Assembly: GCA_026396515.1 (NCBI GenBank)
Contig: JAPLWQ010000005.1
Span: 8,011 to 72,010 of the forward strand
Length of the DNA: 64,000 nucleotides
DNA from: Candidatus Magasanikiibacteriota bacterium
Lineage (GTDB): Bacteria; Patescibacteriota; Patescibacteriia; Magasanikbacterales; GWA2-37-8
Reading direction: 5' to 3'
Positions 10,688 to 20,982 of the stretch are shown here, one piece after another (the stretch's first letter is position 1; each line of letters opens with the position of its first letter). The notes beneath the pieces were generated by a model. The model worked only from the letters and a program-made list of their open reading frames with translations. It made no database searches and was not told the DNA's origin. A program made the translations under genes and the position numbers.

Positions 10688-11905
10688 ATGTTCGGTAAAA
10701 AAGAAGAAAAAATTGTGAGCTCGCCAGAGGCGAGTATTAAGGTGGTGACAATGCCGCACGATTTTTATGCGGGCGCTAACCCTACGGTTAAGTTTAAGGA
10801 AGTGGAACAAACCATTGACTTGAATAAGCTGGCCGGTATAAAAGAGCATGAAAAAAAAGCTCTGCACGCGGCCACAGCGGCGCAGGGCGCGGCGAACACT
10901 CTTTCTTCAAAGCGGTGGGTTTGGGTGGTGGGAAGTATTGTTTTATTTCTTATTTTCGCCGGCGGAGCCGGAATATATTATTGGTGGCAGGGGCGTTCAA
11001 AAATTATCGCCCAAACGCCGGTTTTGCCGCCTATAACCACGCCACCGGTAAATCAAGAGCCGGTAGTACCGACAACACCGGTTGAACCGGCCACAACAAC
11101 GCCTGAGCCGGAACTGCCGGTTATCACTGAGGCGGGTTTGGAATTTCCGTCAAAACTTCTGGCTGAAAGCGTGGATTTTGATGCGGATAAAGTGAGCGAC
11201 GTGGCCGAGGAATTGTTTGCCACCGATCCGTCAAATGCTGATACTGATAAAGATGGTTATCAGGATGGGCATGAACTATATTATCTCTATAACCCAAACG
11301 GTGCAGAACCGAAAAAATTGATTGACTCGGGTTTTGTTCGCAATTATATTAGCCCCGGTTTTGGCTATGAATTATATTATCCGAATAATTGGGCAATCGG
11401 CGCGGTTGATGTCGCCGGCAGGCAAATGCTTTTCAGCACTTTAACCGGAGAAAATATTGAAGTGAGGGTATTTGATTTATTGCCAGGGCAGACATTCGCC
11501 GAATGGTTTGCTTTGAACGCTCCTCAAGAAAATCTGGGCGATTATACGGATATGCAAAGCAGGTTCAACGCCAACGCGAAAATGCGCAGCGACGGTTTGG
11601 TTTATATCTTTTATGACAGCACTCATGTCTTTGCCCTGCTATATCACACTACGGAATCAAATACAGTAAATTATAAAGTGGTTATTCAGACCATGGCGCG
11701 CAGTTTCAAAATTGGCGAGCCAATGCCGCCGGAGATGCGGCCGGTTGGAGAACCGGAAATGATATTTGAAGCAGGTGCGCCTGAAACGATGTCAACCGGC
11801 AGCGCCGGTTCTGCGGAGGGTGAAAGCACCACGACTTCCACTGAAACGGCGACCACAACCGGAGAAGAAATACCTTCCGAGTTGATGTCCGAAGCCGAGT
11901 TATGA
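10688..11905 (+). CDS. Single-pass membrane protein with TSP3-like repeats and an extracellular domain
   Basis: TM helix, Pro/Thr linker, DTDKDGYQDGHE motif. Confidence 0.65.
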   Translation: MFGKKEEKIVSSPEASIKVVTMPHDFYAGANPTVKFKEVEQTIDLNKLAGIKEHEKKALHAATAAQGAANTLSSKRWVWVVGSIVLFLIFAGGAGIYYWWQGRSKIIAQTPVLPPITTPPVNQEPVVPTTPVEPATTTPEPELPVITEAGLEFPSKLLAESVDFDADKVSDVAEELFATDPSNADTDKDGYQDGHELYYLYNPNGAEPKKLIDSGFVRNYISPGFGYELYYPNNWAIGAVDVAGRQMLFSTLTGENIEVRVFDLLPGQTFAEWFALNAPQENLGDYTDMQSRFNANAKMRSDGLVYIFYDSTHVFALLYHTTESNTVNYKVVIQTMARSFKIGEPMPPEMRPVGEPEMIFEAGAPETMSTGSAGSAEGESTTTSTETATTTGEEIPSELMSEAEL

Positions 11906-12327
11906 TAAAAGTTTTATTTTTTAATGAGAATAAATATCCTGTCGAGGAAAAGTTTGTAAAAAAAATTACTGCGGTTGCGTCTGGGCATGAGAAAAAAATA
12001 TGTGGAATAGTTGAAATAGCATTAGTGGATAATAAAGACATTTGTAAGTTAAATCGGATTTGGCGGGGAAAGAATTCGGCCACGGATGTTTTGTCCTTTG
12101 CCTGGTCGGAAGAAAAATCAATTAAGGCGCCAATGCTCGGGCAAATATTCGTGTCTTATCCTAAGATTATTAAACAGGCGAACGAGAATGAAATTCCAGT
12201 TAAAGAAGAGCTTGGGAGAATGATAGTACACGGGCTGCTGCATATTTCCGGATATGGCCACGGCAGCGCAAAACAGGCGAAAAAAATGTTCGCTTTACAG
12301 GAAAAAATATTAAAGCACTTGTTTTAA
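11902..12327 (+). CDS. ybeY: rRNA maturation endoribonuclease YbeY
   Basis: ATDVLSF and HGLLHISGYGH motifs. Confidence 0.92.
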   Translation: MIKVLFFNENKYPVEEKFVKKITAVASGHEKKICGIVEIALVDNKDICKLNRIWRGKNSATDVLSFAWSEEKSIKAPMLGQIFVSYPKIIKQANENEIPVKEELGRMIVHGLLHISGYGHGSAKQAKKMFALQEKILKHLF

Positions 12328-12330
12328 CCT

Positions 12331-12696
12331 ATGTCCGTCAAAAGATTTGCTCAAAGTTTTAAAGATGCCATGAACGGTATACGCCATGCGTTTGAAAACG
12401 AGCAGAATTTTCGCGTTCAGATGATAACCGGGCTGATTGTGATGTTTTTTGCAGTCTGGCTGCCGATTCGCGACTCCGAGCGCCTACTCGTCGTCATCAT
12501 GGTTTTTATGGTGCTTATTGTAGAATTACTGAATACCGCCATTGAGCTGTTTATTGACCTGCTTAAGCCTCGTCTGCATCATTATGCGAAAGCGGTAAAG
12601 GATATTATGGCCGGAGCGGTATTTTTAACATCATTTGCCGCCTTGATTGTAGGAATAATTATTTTCGGTCCGTATTTATTTTCGCTAATTAAATAG
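12331..12696 (+). CDS. dgkA: Diacylglycerol/undecaprenol kinase
   Basis: EQNFR, ELLNTAIE, KDIMAGAV motifs; 3 TM segments. Confidence 0.88.
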   Translation: MSVKRFAQSFKDAMNGIRHAFENEQNFRVQMITGLIVMFFAVWLPIRDSERLLVVIMVFMVLIVELLNTAIELFIDLLKPRLHHYAKAVKDIMAGAVFLTSFAALIVGIIIFGPYLFSLIK

Positions 12697-12733
12697 AGGT
12701 ACAGCTTTTGATAAAAAATGAATTTTTGCAGCT

Positions 12734-14008
12734 ATGTCAAGAAGAGATGAAAATATAATCGCCGGTTTGGATATCGGATCATCAAATGTCCGGATGGCAG
12801 TAGGGAAAATTATTGATCCGGGCTCTGAAGATGAAGCACTTCAGATTTTAGGTTTGGTGGAAGTGCCGGCTGAAGGCGTATCAAAAGGGGTGGTGACAAG
12901 CATTGAGGATGTTGTATCTTCTGTTTCATCGTGTCTTGAAAATGCCGAAAGATCCATTGGCGTGCCGATTGAAAGTGTTTGGTTGGGTATTTCCGGAACT
13001 CAAACCATGATTCAAAATAGCCGCGGTTTTGCGGCAGTGGCAAAATCTGACAATGAAATAACGCCGGCTGATGTTGAAAGAGCGCTTGAATCGTCGCGTT
13101 CAGTTTCAACCCCCCTTAATTATGAGATACTGCATGTTACTCCGCGCAGCTACAATGTTGACGGGCAGAGCGGTATAAAAGATCCGGTTGGTATGACCGG
13201 TATGCGTTTGGAGGTGGATACAAAAATTATTCTCGGCCAATCTTCTCAAATTAAAAATTTAACCCGGGCTGTTTATCGCGCCGGTTTGGAAATTAATGAT
13301 CTGGTTCTTTCTCCGCTGGCCGTCTCAAATTTATTGTTAACGTCAAGGCAGAAAGACCTTGGCGTCGTCATGGCCAATATCGGCGGTCAGACAACGAGCA
13401 TTTCAGTTTATGAAGAAGGGGATTTGCTCCATACCATATCTTTGCCCATTGGTTCAGCTCATATTACGAATGATTTGGCGGTTGGTTTGCGCGCGTCTGT
13501 TGACGTAGTGGAAAAATTGAAGGTTGAATACGGCGATTGTTCAGCCGAGTCATATGGTCGGGGAGATGAAGTGGATTTATTTGAGGTTGGTTCCCCGGAG
13601 CATGAACTTTTTAAACTTAAAGATGTCAGCTCAATTATTGAAGCCAGAGTGGAGGAAATATTCTATCTGGTCGATCAGGAATTGAAAAAAATTCACCGAA
13701 GCGGTTTGTTGCCAGCCGGAGTGGTTCTAACCGGCGGTGGCGCCAAATTGCGCGGTATGGTTGAAGAAGCAAAAAGAAATTTGCGTTTGCCCGCTATTAT
13801 GGGCTATCCGCTTGGCCTGGTTGGATCAATAGACCAGGCGAACGACCCCGGTTATTCAGCCGCGATCGGCCTGGTAAAATGGGGGAGTGAAATGCTGTTT
13901 CAAACTACGCGCGGAAGGACCGGCAAGGGTGATTTTTGGGGATCGCTGAAAAAAACTTTGGGTTTTAAGGGACGGCTAAAAAAGACAATTAGCTCGCTTA
14001 TACCATAA
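12734..14008 (+). CDS. ftsA: Cell division protein FtsA
   Basis: GLDIGSS, IGGQTT, VVLTGGGAKL; directly upstream of ftsZ. Confidence 0.95.
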   Translation: MSRRDENIIAGLDIGSSNVRMAVGKIIDPGSEDEALQILGLVEVPAEGVSKGVVTSIEDVVSSVSSCLENAERSIGVPIESVWLGISGTQTMIQNSRGFAAVAKSDNEITPADVERALESSRSVSTPLNYEILHVTPRSYNVDGQSGIKDPVGMTGMRLEVDTKIILGQSSQIKNLTRAVYRAGLEINDLVLSPLAVSNLLLTSRQKDLGVVMANIGGQTTSISVYEEGDLLHTISLPIGSAHITNDLAVGLRASVDVVEKLKVEYGDCSAESYGRGDEVDLFEVGSPEHELFKLKDVSSIIEARVEEIFYLVDQELKKIHRSGLLPAGVVLTGGGAKLRGMVEEAKRNLRLPAIMGYPLGLVGSIDQANDPGYSAAIGLVKWGSEMLFQTTRGRTGKGDFWGSLKKTLGFKGRLKKTISSLIP

Positions 14009-14128
14009 ATTTGAGCGATTTTCTGCGTATTGACACTTGAGTCGATAAATATGTACAATACATAGCGAAGATCGTCTTCGCTATTTTTCATTAATACATT
14101 GAATACATAAATTGTTCAACTCAAATAT

Positions 14129-15382
14129 ATGCCACAAGTAAAACCGGACATTGAAACATTTGCGAAAATTAAAGTCGTTGGCGTGGGCGGGTCGGGCGGG
14201 TCGGCTGTCAATCGAATGATGGCTGCCAGAATTCGCGGTGTTGATTTTGTGGTTATGAATACCGATGTTCAGGATCTGCACCATAATTTGGCGCCGCATA
14301 AACTGCACATCGGGAAATCGGTTACCCGGGGCTTGGGAGCCGGCATGGATCCGGAGCTTGGTCGTCGAGCGGCTGAAGAATCTCAAAATGAAATCAGAGA
14401 AATTTTGAAAGACGCGGATATGGTTTTTGTCACCTGCGGTTTGGGCGGCGGCACCGGTTCAGGCGCTTCGCCGGTGGTGGCGGAAGTGGCTCGCGAACTC
14501 GGCGCATTGACTGTCGCGGTGGTTACCAAACCGTTTGCCTTTGAGGGTCAGAAGAGACGCGAGATAGCCGATAAGGCGTGGGAGAATTTGGTCAAGCACG
14601 TTGATACTATTATCACCATTCCTAATGATAGGATTAATCAGGTAATTGATAAGAAAACATCAATGCTTGATGCTTTTAGAATTGCCGACGATGTTCTGCG
14701 CCAAGGCGTGCAGGGCATTTCAGAATTAATAACCATGCACGGCGTAATCAACGTGGATTTTGCCGATATTAAAACTATCATGAAAGACACCGGTTCCGCG
14801 CTAATGGGTATCGGTATAGGTTCGGGAGAAAATAGAGCGGTTGACGCGGCAAAGTCGGCCATCTCCAGCCCACTCCTCGAACTTTCTATTGATGGCGCGC
14901 GCGGCATCCTATTTACTGTTACGGGCGGTCAGGATTTGGCAATGAGCGAAGTTGAAGATGCGGCCAAGATTATTACTTCGTCAGCTGCTGAAGACGCCAA
15001 AGTTATTTTTGGCGCAATTATAGATGAGACCATGAATGATAGTGTAAAGATTACGGTTATTGCCACCGGCTTTGACGATCGTCGCCCTGTTTCCGAAGAA
15101 GAAACCCTGACCAGGTATTCGCCTTTCGGCACGGTCTCTTTGGCCTCCAAATTTAAACAAAGGGGAGAAGAAACAGAAGATAAAAAGTTTTTTAATGATT
15201 TAACCAGCACCAAAAAAAGCGGTGCCCGTTCTTCAACGCAAGCTGAACCCACGGTAATGCGCGAACAAAAAAATGATGTGTTGGCGCAGAACCAGCAGAA
15301 TGCGGCTCCTGCCGGGAATGCAAATATTACCGATGACGACCTTGAAATCCCGGCTTTTATCCGCCGAAAAATGGGTGTATAA
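14129..15382 (+). CDS. ftsZ: Cell division protein FtsZ
   Basis: GGGTGSG tubulin motif; C-terminal LEIPAFIRR. Confidence 0.98.
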   Translation: MPQVKPDIETFAKIKVVGVGGSGGSAVNRMMAARIRGVDFVVMNTDVQDLHHNLAPHKLHIGKSVTRGLGAGMDPELGRRAAEESQNEIREILKDADMVFVTCGLGGGTGSGASPVVAEVARELGALTVAVVTKPFAFEGQKRREIADKAWENLVKHVDTIITIPNDRINQVIDKKTSMLDAFRIADDVLRQGVQGISELITMHGVINVDFADIKTIMKDTGSALMGIGIGSGENRAVDAAKSAISSPLLELSIDGARGILFTVTGGQDLAMSEVEDAAKIITSSAAEDAKVIFGAIIDETMNDSVKITVIATGFDDRRPVSEEETLTRYSPFGTVSLASKFKQRGEETEDKKFFNDLTSTKKSGARSSTQAEPTVMREQKNDVLAQNQQNAAPAGNANITDDDLEIPAFIRRKMGV

Positions 15383-15391
15383 AAATATTTT

Positions 15392-15853
15392 ATGCGTTGT
15401 CCTGTTTGTAATAATCAGGAAACTAGTGTTGTTGATACCCGCTCTTCGTCAGACGGTCTAACAATCCGTCGGAGGCGCGAGTGCGACAAATGTTCATATC
15501 GTTTTTCTACTGTGGAGGAAATCGAGCTTTTGGATATTGTAGTGGTAAAGAGCGACGGCCACCGGGAAAGCTACATGCGTGAAAAAATAGAACGCGGCAT
15601 AAAGCAATCGCTTTCAAAGCGGCCTTATACAGCGGAAAAATTTAACCGACTGCTTCATTCAATTGAGCGTGATATTCAAAAAAGAAAAAAACGTGAGATA
15701 TCAAGCAAGGACATTGGTGAAATTGTTATGAAGCATCTGCGAAATTTTGATAAAGTCGCCTATATTCGTTTTGCCAGCGTCTACCGTGATTTTAGAGATG
15801 TAAAAACATTTGAAAAAGAACTCAAAAAAATCGGCAAAGGCCGCAGCGCCTAA
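15392..15853 (+). CDS. nrdR: Transcriptional repressor NrdR
   Basis: CPVC..RRRECxxCxxRFSTVE, VAYIRFASVY. Confidence 0.96.
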   Translation: MRCPVCNNQETSVVDTRSSSDGLTIRRRRECDKCSYRFSTVEEIELLDIVVVKSDGHRESYMREKIERGIKQSLSKRPYTAEKFNRLLHSIERDIQKRKKREISSKDIGEIVMKHLRNFDKVAYIRFASVYRDFRDVKTFEKELKKIGKGRSA

Positions 15854-15871
15854 TTGTTAACCACTATATAT

Positions 15872-16294
15872 ATGACAGAGGAGGAAAAAAAAATTGAAGC
15901 GCCGTCCACAGAGCCGGAAAACGCGGCTTCGCCGTTTATCGGTTTGAAAAAAAATGAAGACCCTGTTCCCTCGGAAGAAGTTAAACTTCGCGACTTGTTG
16001 GAAAAAAATCTTAAATGGTCGCAGATTATTTATGAACAAAATCGCCGTATCAGCCGGCGACTGCTTTGGTCATCAATTTTTTCCTGGTTTAAATGGATTA
16101 TATTTATCGGCGCGCTTGTTTGGGGCACTTGGTATGTTTGGCCGATGGCCCGCAATCTAATGGCCCAGTATGAAGCCTTAACAAGCGGCGTGTCTTCCGG
16201 CCAAAAGCTCGATCAGCCAACTTTAGATAAAATTTTAAAAATGATCCCGCTCACTGACACGGAAAAAGAGCAGATAAAAGCGATGAATAAGTAA
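15872..16294 (+). CDS. Hypothetical single-TM protein
   Basis: ORF with one hydrophobic segment; ATG at 15872 preferred over TTG at 15854. Confidence 0.55.
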   Translation: MTEEEKKIEAPSTEPENAASPFIGLKKNEDPVPSEEVKLRDLLEKNLKWSQIIYEQNRRISRRLLWSSIFSWFKWIIFIGALVWGTWYVWPMARNLMAQYEALTSGVSSGQKLDQPTLDKILKMIPLTDTEKEQIKAMNK

Positions 16295-16299
16295 TTATG

Positions 16300-16402
16300 C
16301 CCCGTAGAGAAATTTTTAATGATTTTTGGGGAGTTAAAAAATTGATAAAAAAATGATTGTATATTTATTTGATATAGAATAATTCAAAATTCTTCTACGG
16401 GG
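16300..16402. mobile_element. 103-bp MITE with about 21-bp TIRs and TATG target duplication
   Basis: CCCCGTAGAGAAATTTTTAAT...ATTCAAAATTCTTCTACGGGG, flanked by TATG at 16296-16299 and 16403-16406; ends match the element at 41831-42140. Confidence 0.8.
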
Positions 16403-16403
16403 T

Positions 16404-17843
16404 ATGCATAAAAGTACAAAAATCGTGGCCACTCTCGGCCCGGCATCAGAGTCGTATGGAAAAATTAAAGCGATGATAAAAGCGGGTGTAAATGTCGCCC
16501 GCCTTAATTTTTCGCACGGCTCATATGAAAATCATGCGTCGCTGATACGCAATATCCGGCGTGCGGAAAAAGAGCTCGGCGTACCGGTGGGTATTATGCA
16601 AGATATTCAGGGCCCGAAGATTCGGCTGGGTGATATGCCGGCAGCTGGCGTAGCGGTGAAAACCGGCCAGGAGGCCGTTATTAATACGACCCTGAATAAT
16701 TACACAGGCAATGATATACCGTTGTATTTTCCCAGTCTGGAAAAATATGTTAAAGCCGGAGACCGTCTGCTCATTGATGATGGTCATGCTGAATTTAAAA
16801 TAAAAAAGGTGGCCGGTTGCAGGATTGTCTGCAAAGTGGTGGAAGGTTATCTGTTAAAGAGCCATAAAGGCGTGAATTTTCCGGATAGCTATTTAAAAAT
16901 TCCAATAATGAGCGATAAAGACCGCAAGGATTTGCGTTTTGGAATAAAAATGAATGTTGATATTATCGCTTTGTCTTTTGTGCATACGGCTCAGGATATT
17001 AAGAAAGCCAGAGTATTGATAAGAAAGTATCAGAAAGAATCAAAAATTAAATCGCCGCCCCCTGTTTTTATTGTGGCAAAAATTGAACGCAATGAGGCGG
17101 TAAAAAATATTGATGAGATATTAAAAGAAGCTGATGGCGTAATGGTGGCGAGAGGGGATTTGGCGATGGAGACAGCGATGTCAGGAATGCCGTTATTGCA
17201 GAAAATGATAATTGAAAAAGCCAATCATCTGGTAAAGCCGGTTATTGTTGCCACCCAAATGCTTGATTCAATGCAGACAAGCCGCCGTCCAACCAGAGCG
17301 GAAATCACCGATGTGGCCAATGCGGTGATTGATCACGCTGATGCTTTGATGCTTTCCAATGAAACAGCTACCGGCAAATATCCGGTGGAAGCGGTGAAAA
17401 CAATGTCGGAAATTATTTTAACCACTGAAGAGTCAAAATACGATGATATTGATCCGTTCAAAGAGATGCACCCGCACAAATCAATCAGCAAGGCGATCGC
17501 CGGGTTATCCGGCGTGGTGGCCATGCAAGTTGGGGCGAAAGCCATTTTAGTGGCTTCGGCGACCGGCGCCACCGGCCGGCTGGTTAGCCGTGTCAGGCCG
17601 CAGTACCCGGTTTATGTAGGGGTAAAGTCAGTTGTTGCCGGCCGTCAGCTTTGTCTTTCATGGGGGTTGCGCCCATTTCTTTTAACTGCCAAACACACAG
17701 TTGAAGATTTGGTGTCCGCTTTTCTTGCGTATGTTAAGAAAACTAAATTGGTAAAAAAAGGGGATAAAATTGTTTTGATTACCGGCGAGCCGGTAGGCAA
17801 ATCGGGAAGCACCAACATGCTCGAAGTGAAGGAAGTAAAATAA
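16404..17843 (+). CDS. pyk: Pyruvate kinase
   Basis: TKIVATLGPAS, RLNFSHG, MVARGDL, ATQMLDSM. Confidence 0.97.
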   Translation: MHKSTKIVATLGPASESYGKIKAMIKAGVNVARLNFSHGSYENHASLIRNIRRAEKELGVPVGIMQDIQGPKIRLGDMPAAGVAVKTGQEAVINTTLNNYTGNDIPLYFPSLEKYVKAGDRLLIDDGHAEFKIKKVAGCRIVCKVVEGYLLKSHKGVNFPDSYLKIPIMSDKDRKDLRFGIKMNVDIIALSFVHTAQDIKKARVLIRKYQKESKIKSPPPVFIVAKIERNEAVKNIDEILKEADGVMVARGDLAMETAMSGMPLLQKMIIEKANHLVKPVIVATQMLDSMQTSRRPTRAEITDVANAVIDHADALMLSNETATGKYPVEAVKTMSEIILTTEESKYDDIDPFKEMHPHKSISKAIAGLSGVVAMQVGAKAILVASATGATGRLVSRVRPQYPVYVGVKSVVAGRQLCLSWGLRPFLLTAKHTVEDLVSAFLAYVKKTKLVKKGDKIVLITGEPVGKSGSTNMLEVKEVK

Positions 17844-17864
17844 CCCCGCTCAACGGGGTTATTT
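17838..17864. terminator. Hairpin terminator after pyk
   Basis: AAATAACCCCG-CTCAA-CGGGGTTATTT. Confidence 0.6.
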
Positions 17865-17875
17865 ATTACTAACGC

Positions 17876-17997
17876 ATTTTATTATTCAGCAAGCTTCTCG
17901 CAAACAGCGTCGCCAGCCTTGGGCTGACGCGCTTCGATCTCGACCAGCTCCGAGCGGGTCTGCGATATGTTGCTCAAAGCATGCTGGATAATAAAAT
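17876..17997. repeat. Intergenic long inverted-repeat element with internal hairpins
   Basis: ATTTTATTATTCAGCAAGCTT pairs with AAGCATGCTGGATAATAAAAT (2 mismatches). Confidence 0.6.
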
Positions 17998-18001
17998 TAC
18001 A

Positions 18002-19240
18002 TTACACGTAAAGAGGGAATTTTTTTGTCAGTTCCACGACTTGTGATCGAATGGCCGCAAGTTTTTCTTTATCCGTGTGATTAATTACCGCTTCGTTGAT
18101 CCACTCGGCGATTTGACGCATTTCAGTTTCCTTCATTCCGCGGGTGGTGAGCGCAGGCGTGCCTAGCCGGATACCGGAAGGATCCATCGGGGAGCGAGGA
18201 TCATTTGGCACCATATTTTTATTTACAGTTATTCCGGCTTCGTCCAAAGCAATTTGCGCCTCCTTGCCGGAAATATTTTTATTTGTTAGATCAATCAGCA
18301 GCAAATGATTATCGGTTTGGCCGAAACAAATTTTATAATCGCGTTTTTTTAATTCTTCTTCAAGTATTTTTGCGTTTTTAATAACTTGTACAGCATATTC
18401 TTTGAATTCCGGTTCGAGCGCTTCTTTGAACGCCACCGCTTTGGCTGCGATATTATTTTCATGCGGGCCGCCCTGGAAACCGGGGAACACGGATTTATCT
18501 ATCGCCTTGGCGAATTTTTCTTTGCACATAATCATGCCGCCGCGCGGCCCGCGCAGTGTCTTATGCGTCGTGGTCGTAACGATATCAAAAAATGGCACTG
18601 GGCTTTCCATGGCACCGCCGGCAATCAGTCCGGCGATGTGGGCGATGTCAGCCATTGTCACTGCGCCGACCTCGTCGGCGATTTCTTTAATTTTTTTCCA
18701 ATCGATCAGGCGGGAATAGGCGCTGTATCCGACAAGAATGATCTTCGGTTTGTGTTCGAGCGCCATGGCGCGAAGATTATTCAAATCAATCAGACCGTCA
18801 GCGCCGGTTTGGTAGCGGACGAAATTAAATAATTTTGCCATGTAGGTGACCGGATGGCCGTGCGTCAGGTGCCCGCCGTGGGCGAGGTCCATTCCGAGTA
18901 CAGTATCACCCGGTTGAAGCAAAGCAAAATATACGGCGATATTGGCCGGCGCGCCGGATAACGGCTGGACATTCACATGTTCAGCGCCAAATATTTTTTT
19001 AGCGCGTTCAATCGCCAGTGTTTCCACCTCGTCAATATATTCGCAGCCGCCGTAATAGCGTTTGCCCGGGTAGCCCTCGGAATATTTATTTGTAGCGACC
19101 GAACCGAGCGCATCCAAAACTGCCGGTGAAACAAAATTTTCCGAAGGGATCATTTCCAGGCCGTTTTCTTGCCGCTGTTTTTCTTTGGCAATAGCCGTGG
19201 AAATTTCAGAGTCGTATTGTTCTAAGTTTTGTTTATGCAT
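18002..19240 (-). CDS. glyA: Serine hydroxymethyltransferase
   Basis: [33 protein letters not shown]. Confidence 0.98.
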   Translation of the reverse strand: MHKQNLEQYDSEISTAIAKEKQRQENGLEMIPSENFVSPAVLDALGSVATNKYSEGYPGKRYYGGCEYIDEVETLAIERAKKIFGAEHVNVQPLSGAPANIAVYFALLQPGDTVLGMDLAHGGHLTHGHPVTYMAKLFNFVRYQTGADGLIDLNNLRAMALEHKPKIILVGYSAYSRLIDWKKIKEIADEVGAVTMADIAHIAGLIAGGAMESPVPFFDIVTTTTHKTLRGPRGGMIMCKEKFAKAIDKSVFPGFQGGPHENNIAAKAVAFKEALEPEFKEYAVQVIKNAKILEEELKKRDYKICFGQTDNHLLLIDLTNKNISGKEAQIALDEAGITVNKNMVPNDPRSPMDPSGIRLGTPALTTRGMKETEMRQIAEWINEAVINHTDKEKLAAIRSQVVELTKKFPLYV

Positions 19241-20982
19241 AAATCCTTAATCATGTAAGTATTATTTAATTTGTATCCGAGTTTTCGGTAATAATCGCGA
19301 ACGCCAACACCGGAAATTACGGCGATTTTAGAGGCCTTTGATTTGGCGGCCAGTTTCTCCGCTTCCTTAACTAATTTTACGCCCATACCTTTGTGTTGTG
19401 AAGCGCGGGTATTTCTTGCTCCAATTTTGAGCATTTGGCCGTAGGTATGAAGTTCGCGGATAAAGGCCTGACGAGTGTCATTGCGAGCGAAGCGAAGCAA
19501 TCCCGCGGTTTTCTGAACTGACAAGAGATTGCTTCGTCGGCCTTCGACCTCCTCGCAATGACAAATCCTCAAACGGCAAAAAGCGTAAGCTACCTGTCGC
19601 TTGGCGTCTTCATAACTTAAAAAATATTCCGTGCCGCCGGAGGCCTGGTATTTATCGACAAAAAGCTTTGGCCGGCCGAGATTGCCGCGTCGTCGCTCTA
19701 CTCCTCCTCGCAATGACAATGGAGAAGCGTGACCCACTTCGCGGCAGCGTAGACAATTGCAGCGCAAATTGCGGCGTTTCATTTCTGCTTGGATCACTTG
19801 GCGCAAATTGGTTACGCGATTGCCGGCAATGATGTGATGACCCGGAATATCCCGAATAAGGCGCGATATCCGAACGTAGCGGGGAACAGTAGTTTTAAAA
19901 TTTATCAGGAGTTCAACTAATTTTTTATCGCTATAGGGTTTAAATTTTCCGGATTTAACCCATTTGAAAAGAGGAGATTTTTTTACCACTGTGCAAGGAT
20001 AAATTTTTATCATATCCGGTCGATATGACGGATTAGAAAAAATTTTCGTAAGCATTTGTGCGTCTTTGGCCGGTGTTGCGCCGGGCAGCTGCGGCATTAG
20101 ATGATAATCAACCTTAAAGCCGTAATTTTTTAAAAGCTCGGTGGCGCGTTTTGTCTCCGCCGTATCGTGCCCGCGCCTTATAATTTTTAAAATTTTGTCA
20201 TCTGTTGTTTGCACACCCAGTTCAATTCTGGTACAGCCAAGTTCGCGCATCGTAAGAATATTTTTTTCGGTGATATGGTCGGGACGCGTTTCCAGAGTCA
20301 CGCCGATAATTCGGTGTTTTGCAATTTCATTTTTCTTTTGGGCCAAATATAATTGATGTTGAAGTTTTTTTAGTGTGTCATGCTGAACTTGTTTCAGCAT
20401 TTTGACGTGGTTGGTGATAGATCCTGAAACAAGTTCAGGATGACTTTTTGAATTGTTTGCCGCTTCAAAACATCGCAAGATAAACCAATACTGATAGGCG
20501 AGGGGATAGGCATTCCAAGTTCCCCCTTTGACAATTAATTCAATTTTGTCGGTCGGGTGGCCGTTGCTAGTTAAAGTTTTTATGCGCTCGCATACTTGCC
20601 GGTGCGGATCAAATTGCAGTGACAGAGCACGTGCAGCCGCCGGTTCGTCGCTGATATAACTTTTTGGCATCTCGGGTTCATCCGGACAATAAATACATTG
20701 CCCCGGGCATTTGTATGGTTTGGTCAAAACAGTAATAATCGCTACGCCGGACATTGTTCGCACGGCGCGCTTGGTCAGCAAATATTCCAGAGCCGGAGAT
20801 TTTTTTATCTTGCCTTTCGCGAGCATGGCGTGATATACTCGGAGCAAATCGGTTTTGCGCGACAAATCCTCATGAATTTTTGAACCGCGCATTTCCGAGC
20901 GTAATACAGCCGAAAAATCGTCCGCTGTTTTAGGGATTTTTTTTAGCAGTTTATATATAATTTTTTCGTGTAGATCAGCCAT
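19222..20982 (-). CDS. Elp3-family tRNA U34 acetyltransferase (radical SAM + GNAT) with in-frame palindromic insertions
   Basis: [50 protein letters not shown]; start taken at ATG 20982. Confidence 0.88.
   Translation of the reverse strand: MADLHEKIIYKLLKKIPKTADDFSAVLRSEMRGSKIHEDLSRKTDLLRVYHAMLAKGKIKKSPALEYLLTKRAVRTMSGVAIITVLTKPYKCPGQCIYCPDEPEMPKSYISDEPAAARALSLQFDPHRQVCERIKTLTSNGHPTDKIELIVKGGTWNAYPLAYQYWFILRCFEAANNSKSHPELVSGSITNHVKMLKQVQHDTLKKLQHQLYLAQKKNEIAKHRIIGVTLETRPDHITEKNILTMRELGCTRIELGVQTTDDKILKIIRRGHDTAETKRATELLKNYGFKVDYHLMPQLPGATPAKDAQMLTKIFSNPSYRPDMIKIYPCTVVKKSPLFKWVKSGKFKPYSDKKLVELLINFKTTVPRYVRISRLIRDIPGHHIIAGNRVTNLRQVIQAEMKRRNLRCNCLRCREVGHASPLSLRGGVERRRGNLGRPKLFVDKYQASGGTEYFLSYEDAKRQVAYAFCRLRICHCEEVEGRRSNLLSVQKTAGLLRFARNDTRQAFIRELHTYGQMLKIGARNTRASQHKGMGVKLVKEAEKLAAKSKASKIAVISGVGVRDYYRKLGYKLNNTYMIKDLCINKT
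19476..19563. repeat. GTCATTGCGAG-type palindromic element inside Elp3
   Basis: TGTCATTGCGAGCGAAGCGAAGCAATC...GATTGCTTCGTCG...CTCGCAATGACA. Confidence 0.8.
19678..19718. repeat. Half copy of the same palindromic element inside Elp3
   Basis: GAGATTGCCGCGTCG...CTCCTCGCAATGACA matches the right half of 19476-19563. Confidence 0.7.
20377..20444. repeat. GTCATSCTGAAC-type palindromic element inside Elp3
   Basis: GTCATGCTGAACTTGTTTCAGCAT...ATCCTGAAACAAGTTCAGGATGAC. Confidence 0.82.
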
